Positions 21,206 through 24,344 of a DNA stretch of 24,344 nucleotides are shown here, piece after piece. Location: NCBI RefSeq assembly GCF_006345805.1, contig NW_021836450.1, positions 1 to 24,344 of the forward strand, given 5' to 3'. The DNA comes from Octopus sinensis. Its lineage: Eukaryota. Made by a program: the position numbers and the translations under genes. Each line of letters starts with the position of its first letter. Within the stretch, counting starts at the first letter, position 1. The notes beneath the pieces are model-generated. The model was not told where the DNA came from, did no database searches, and saw only the letters and a program-made list of their open reading frames with translations.

Positions 21206-21375
21206 TAAGGCGGCGAACTACCTGAATCGTTAGCACATCGGGGTAAAATACTTAGCGGCATTTCGTCTGTCTTTATGTTCGAAGATCAAATTCTGCCGAG
21301 CACGGATTTGGGGTCGTTGTAATCGACATACCTCCTTCCTTCGAACTTGCTGGCCTTCTACCAAACATTGAGATC
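21206..21375 (+). mobile_element. SINE family A, copy 3, internally deleted, with a 16-bp target-site duplication
   Basis: TSD AATAATTAGGGA(C/T)GAT at 21190-21205 and 21376-21391. The head AAGGCGGCGAAC...GAATCGTTAGCAC matches family A. Confidence 0.85.
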
Positions 21376-21685
21376 AATAATTAGGGATGATGAAATACAA
21401 TATATCTCTTATCCTTCCTGTCGTTTTTGACCGGAATTATTAATTAAATTGGTAAATATTTCATTCATTACTGAGATAAATTTTAACCGATATAAAATTT
21501 CTTATTGCGAGTTCACTAATAAGCGGTTCGGTGTATTCTGCGCAGAATTAAGCATTTCCTTTCCGAGCAGAACATGTCACTGCCTTATCCCACCTCACCT
21601 GGCATTCAGTGGCATTAAGGTTAATTAAACAATTAAACTCTGTAAAAACATAATGTTGCACTCAAAATATTTTGTTTCACTGCAA

Positions 21686-21742
<57 letters not shown>

Positions 21743-21860
21743 CAGACACACACACATATATATATATACAGACACACACACACACATGTCTACATATATA
21801 TATTAATATATATGCATATATTTATATGTATGTATATATACATATATAATATATATATTA

Positions 21861-22044
21861 TACATATACATTCATGTATGTATATATTCATGCATATATA
21901 TGTATGTAGATGCATATGTATATATATATATATATATACATACATTCATATATATATATATATATCTATCTATAAATACATATATATATATATATGTTTA
22001 TATATATATATGTATGTTTATATATATATATATATATGTATGTT

Positions 22045-22075
<31 letters not shown>

Positions 22076-22148
22076 TATATATATATACATATACATTCAT
22101 GTATGTATATATTCATGCATATATATGTATGTAGATGCATATGTATAT

Positions 22149-22150
<2 letters not shown>
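21861..22150. repeat. ~65-bp unit duplicated within a TA-rich block (21861-21925 and 22086-22150)
   Basis: TACATATACATTCATGTATGTATATATTCATGCATATATATGTATGTAGATGCATATGTATATATA occurs twice, offset 225. Confidence 0.88.
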
Positions 22151-22182
<32 letters not shown>

Positions 22183-22576
22183 ACACACACACATACATAT
22201 ATTTACACGTAATGGTTTAGTGTTTGTTATTATCCAGGTTTCCACCTTTACATCGCTATTAATATTATTTGGAACTTGCCGACATTTTAGTTGGCTCATA
22301 AAGACATCTTGTCCGAGACCTCAGAATATTAACCATGTAATACACTTGAAATTATCGTTAATATACATACATATATATTCATGTACATATACATATATTT
22401 ATAAACACATATATACACTCAAACACGTACATGTATATATATTGTATATATATTTTATATCTTATATCTGTCTATCTTTCCCCCTCTTCTTTTCTCTCTC
22501 ACACACACATATACATACATTTACATGAAGCAACATATTTTACGATTGTGAATACCTGTGTTCGTATGTATGGTGT

Positions 22577-22624
<48 letters not shown>

Positions 22625-23015
22625 TGTGTGTATGTTTTTGTTTGTGTATGTATGTGTACATGTAGGTGTGTGAATGTTTCGTGCCATACAAATATATCGC
22701 TCGCTTCGAAAATATCGTCTCAGTAGATAATGATAGAGTTATTTGAACGTCAATATCTTTTAGAAATGAAATGTTGACAGTATATACAGTAATTGTACAA
22801 GACTATCGATATAGGACCCATCAAATTATTTATCTGATGAAATTTCATTGAGACAACATATACATAACAAAATGTTAACTCTCTCTCTCTCTCTTTCTCT
22901 TTCACTGTTTTTTGTTGCTGTTTTTCTCACTCTCTGCATACACACACACACACAACTACATACGTTACATATATAGTTTAAATATATACAACATATATAC
23001 ATATATTTAATAGAC

Positions 23016-23059
<44 letters not shown>

Positions 23060-23315
23060 ATATATATATATATTATATATATTATATTTATATATATATA
23101 TATATATAGTATTATATATATATATACATATTTATATACATATATGTATGTTTAAACGTGCCTATCAAATTATCAAATACGTATACACACACAGACACAC
23201 ACGCAGACCCGTGCACACACAGAGGCAAACACACACACACAAAGACACACAAACACTCACGCACAACGCACACACACGCACACTCACACCTACACAAACA
23301 AGCACATACATACAT

Positions 23316-23349
<34 letters not shown>

Positions 23350-24344
23350 TTATACGCACTTGTCTTATCTATGAAAACGTATTTACATTAATTCAACTAA
23401 TTTGTATGTATATATACATTTCAACCTTGTTTTTTTTTTGCTTTAACGATGTCATGTATATTGTATCTCCATATATAAAATTTGGCCGACTCTACTTTAA
23501 TGTCCACCAACTTTTATGTCCACTTTCCTGTGAACGGTTTATTGGGGAAGTGTCGTTCTAACTGTCGATGTCATGTCCTCCTGGGATCAAATAGTGATTT
23601 TAAACGGTTTTTATCTTACGCTAATCTTGTCTGGCTATAGTTATTATATTCACGCTGGCCGTACATCTATCAAATACCTTGAGGCAGTTTTGGATGTACT
23701 ACTCTAACGAAATCCCCAAACTGTTGTAGACTATCAATAAAACTATGAGTCATTCATTTCCATCCTGATATATTTCTGGAAATTGCAACTGTTAACTTAC
23801 ACCTGGAGATTTTTATTCTATAATGTCAGTTCCTAACTTTATTATTACGGATGCGAAATGTTGCTCTCCTCTCTGCGAAATCGATATACATTCAGTACAA
23901 ATCAAGCTCTAGATTCGATCCAATTGATTATACACTGTCACTGAAAACTTGTGGCTATGTGCTACGATTAGAAATTAATGTTCGGACGAGTTCAACGCAT
24001 TGTTTTTGTTTGGTTTTATAAATGATTCACTCAACAGGTAAAAGCTACACTGATGACTGCGGTGACTGCGCGATGCAGTTGACAATCAACCGTAAGTCGG
24101 TGATTGCAGGGGAAAGATGTACGTGCAAAGAATACTAGAAGATCAACGTTCTGGATTGGACAGAATAGGACGAGGGAAACTACATAAAGCCAGTTAATCT
24201 TGGGTGCTGGTCGTAAACAATCAGCTAAGTTTGAAGAGTAGATAATATTGTTGTAAAAGAAAAGGCTGAGTAAGGAGACAACAAGATCGTGAGTTAGATT
24301 TTTAAAGCGCCCCAGAGAGTCAGGTTATGTAACAAGAAAAGAAA

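Overview
AT-rich, repeat-saturated eukaryotic intronic/intergenic DNA. The microsatellite load and the SINE families resemble those I recall from Octopus/coleoid cephalopod genomes; this is recall, not a database check. I can support no intact protein-coding gene, and most ORF-track entries are translations of microsatellites. The window holds fossil mobile elements: two decayed mariner transposases (3779-4697 minus; 19555-20135 plus), two 5'-truncated R4/Dong-type restriction-like-endonuclease LINE ends next to (TAA)n, and at least three tRNA-headed SINE families. It also holds a canonical non-autonomous Helitron nested inside a Helentron-type element (10606-11504), TA-flanked hairpin MITEs, a ~1 kb fold-back element, a 146-bp near-perfect inverted duplication and a ~400-bp direct repeat pair 10 kb apart. 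The most notable structured element is a hammerhead-ribozyme-like core (CTGAAGA, stem II, GAAA, palindromic ACGT) at 7898-7930 in a Penelope-like terminal repeat. All alignments and translations were done by eye.
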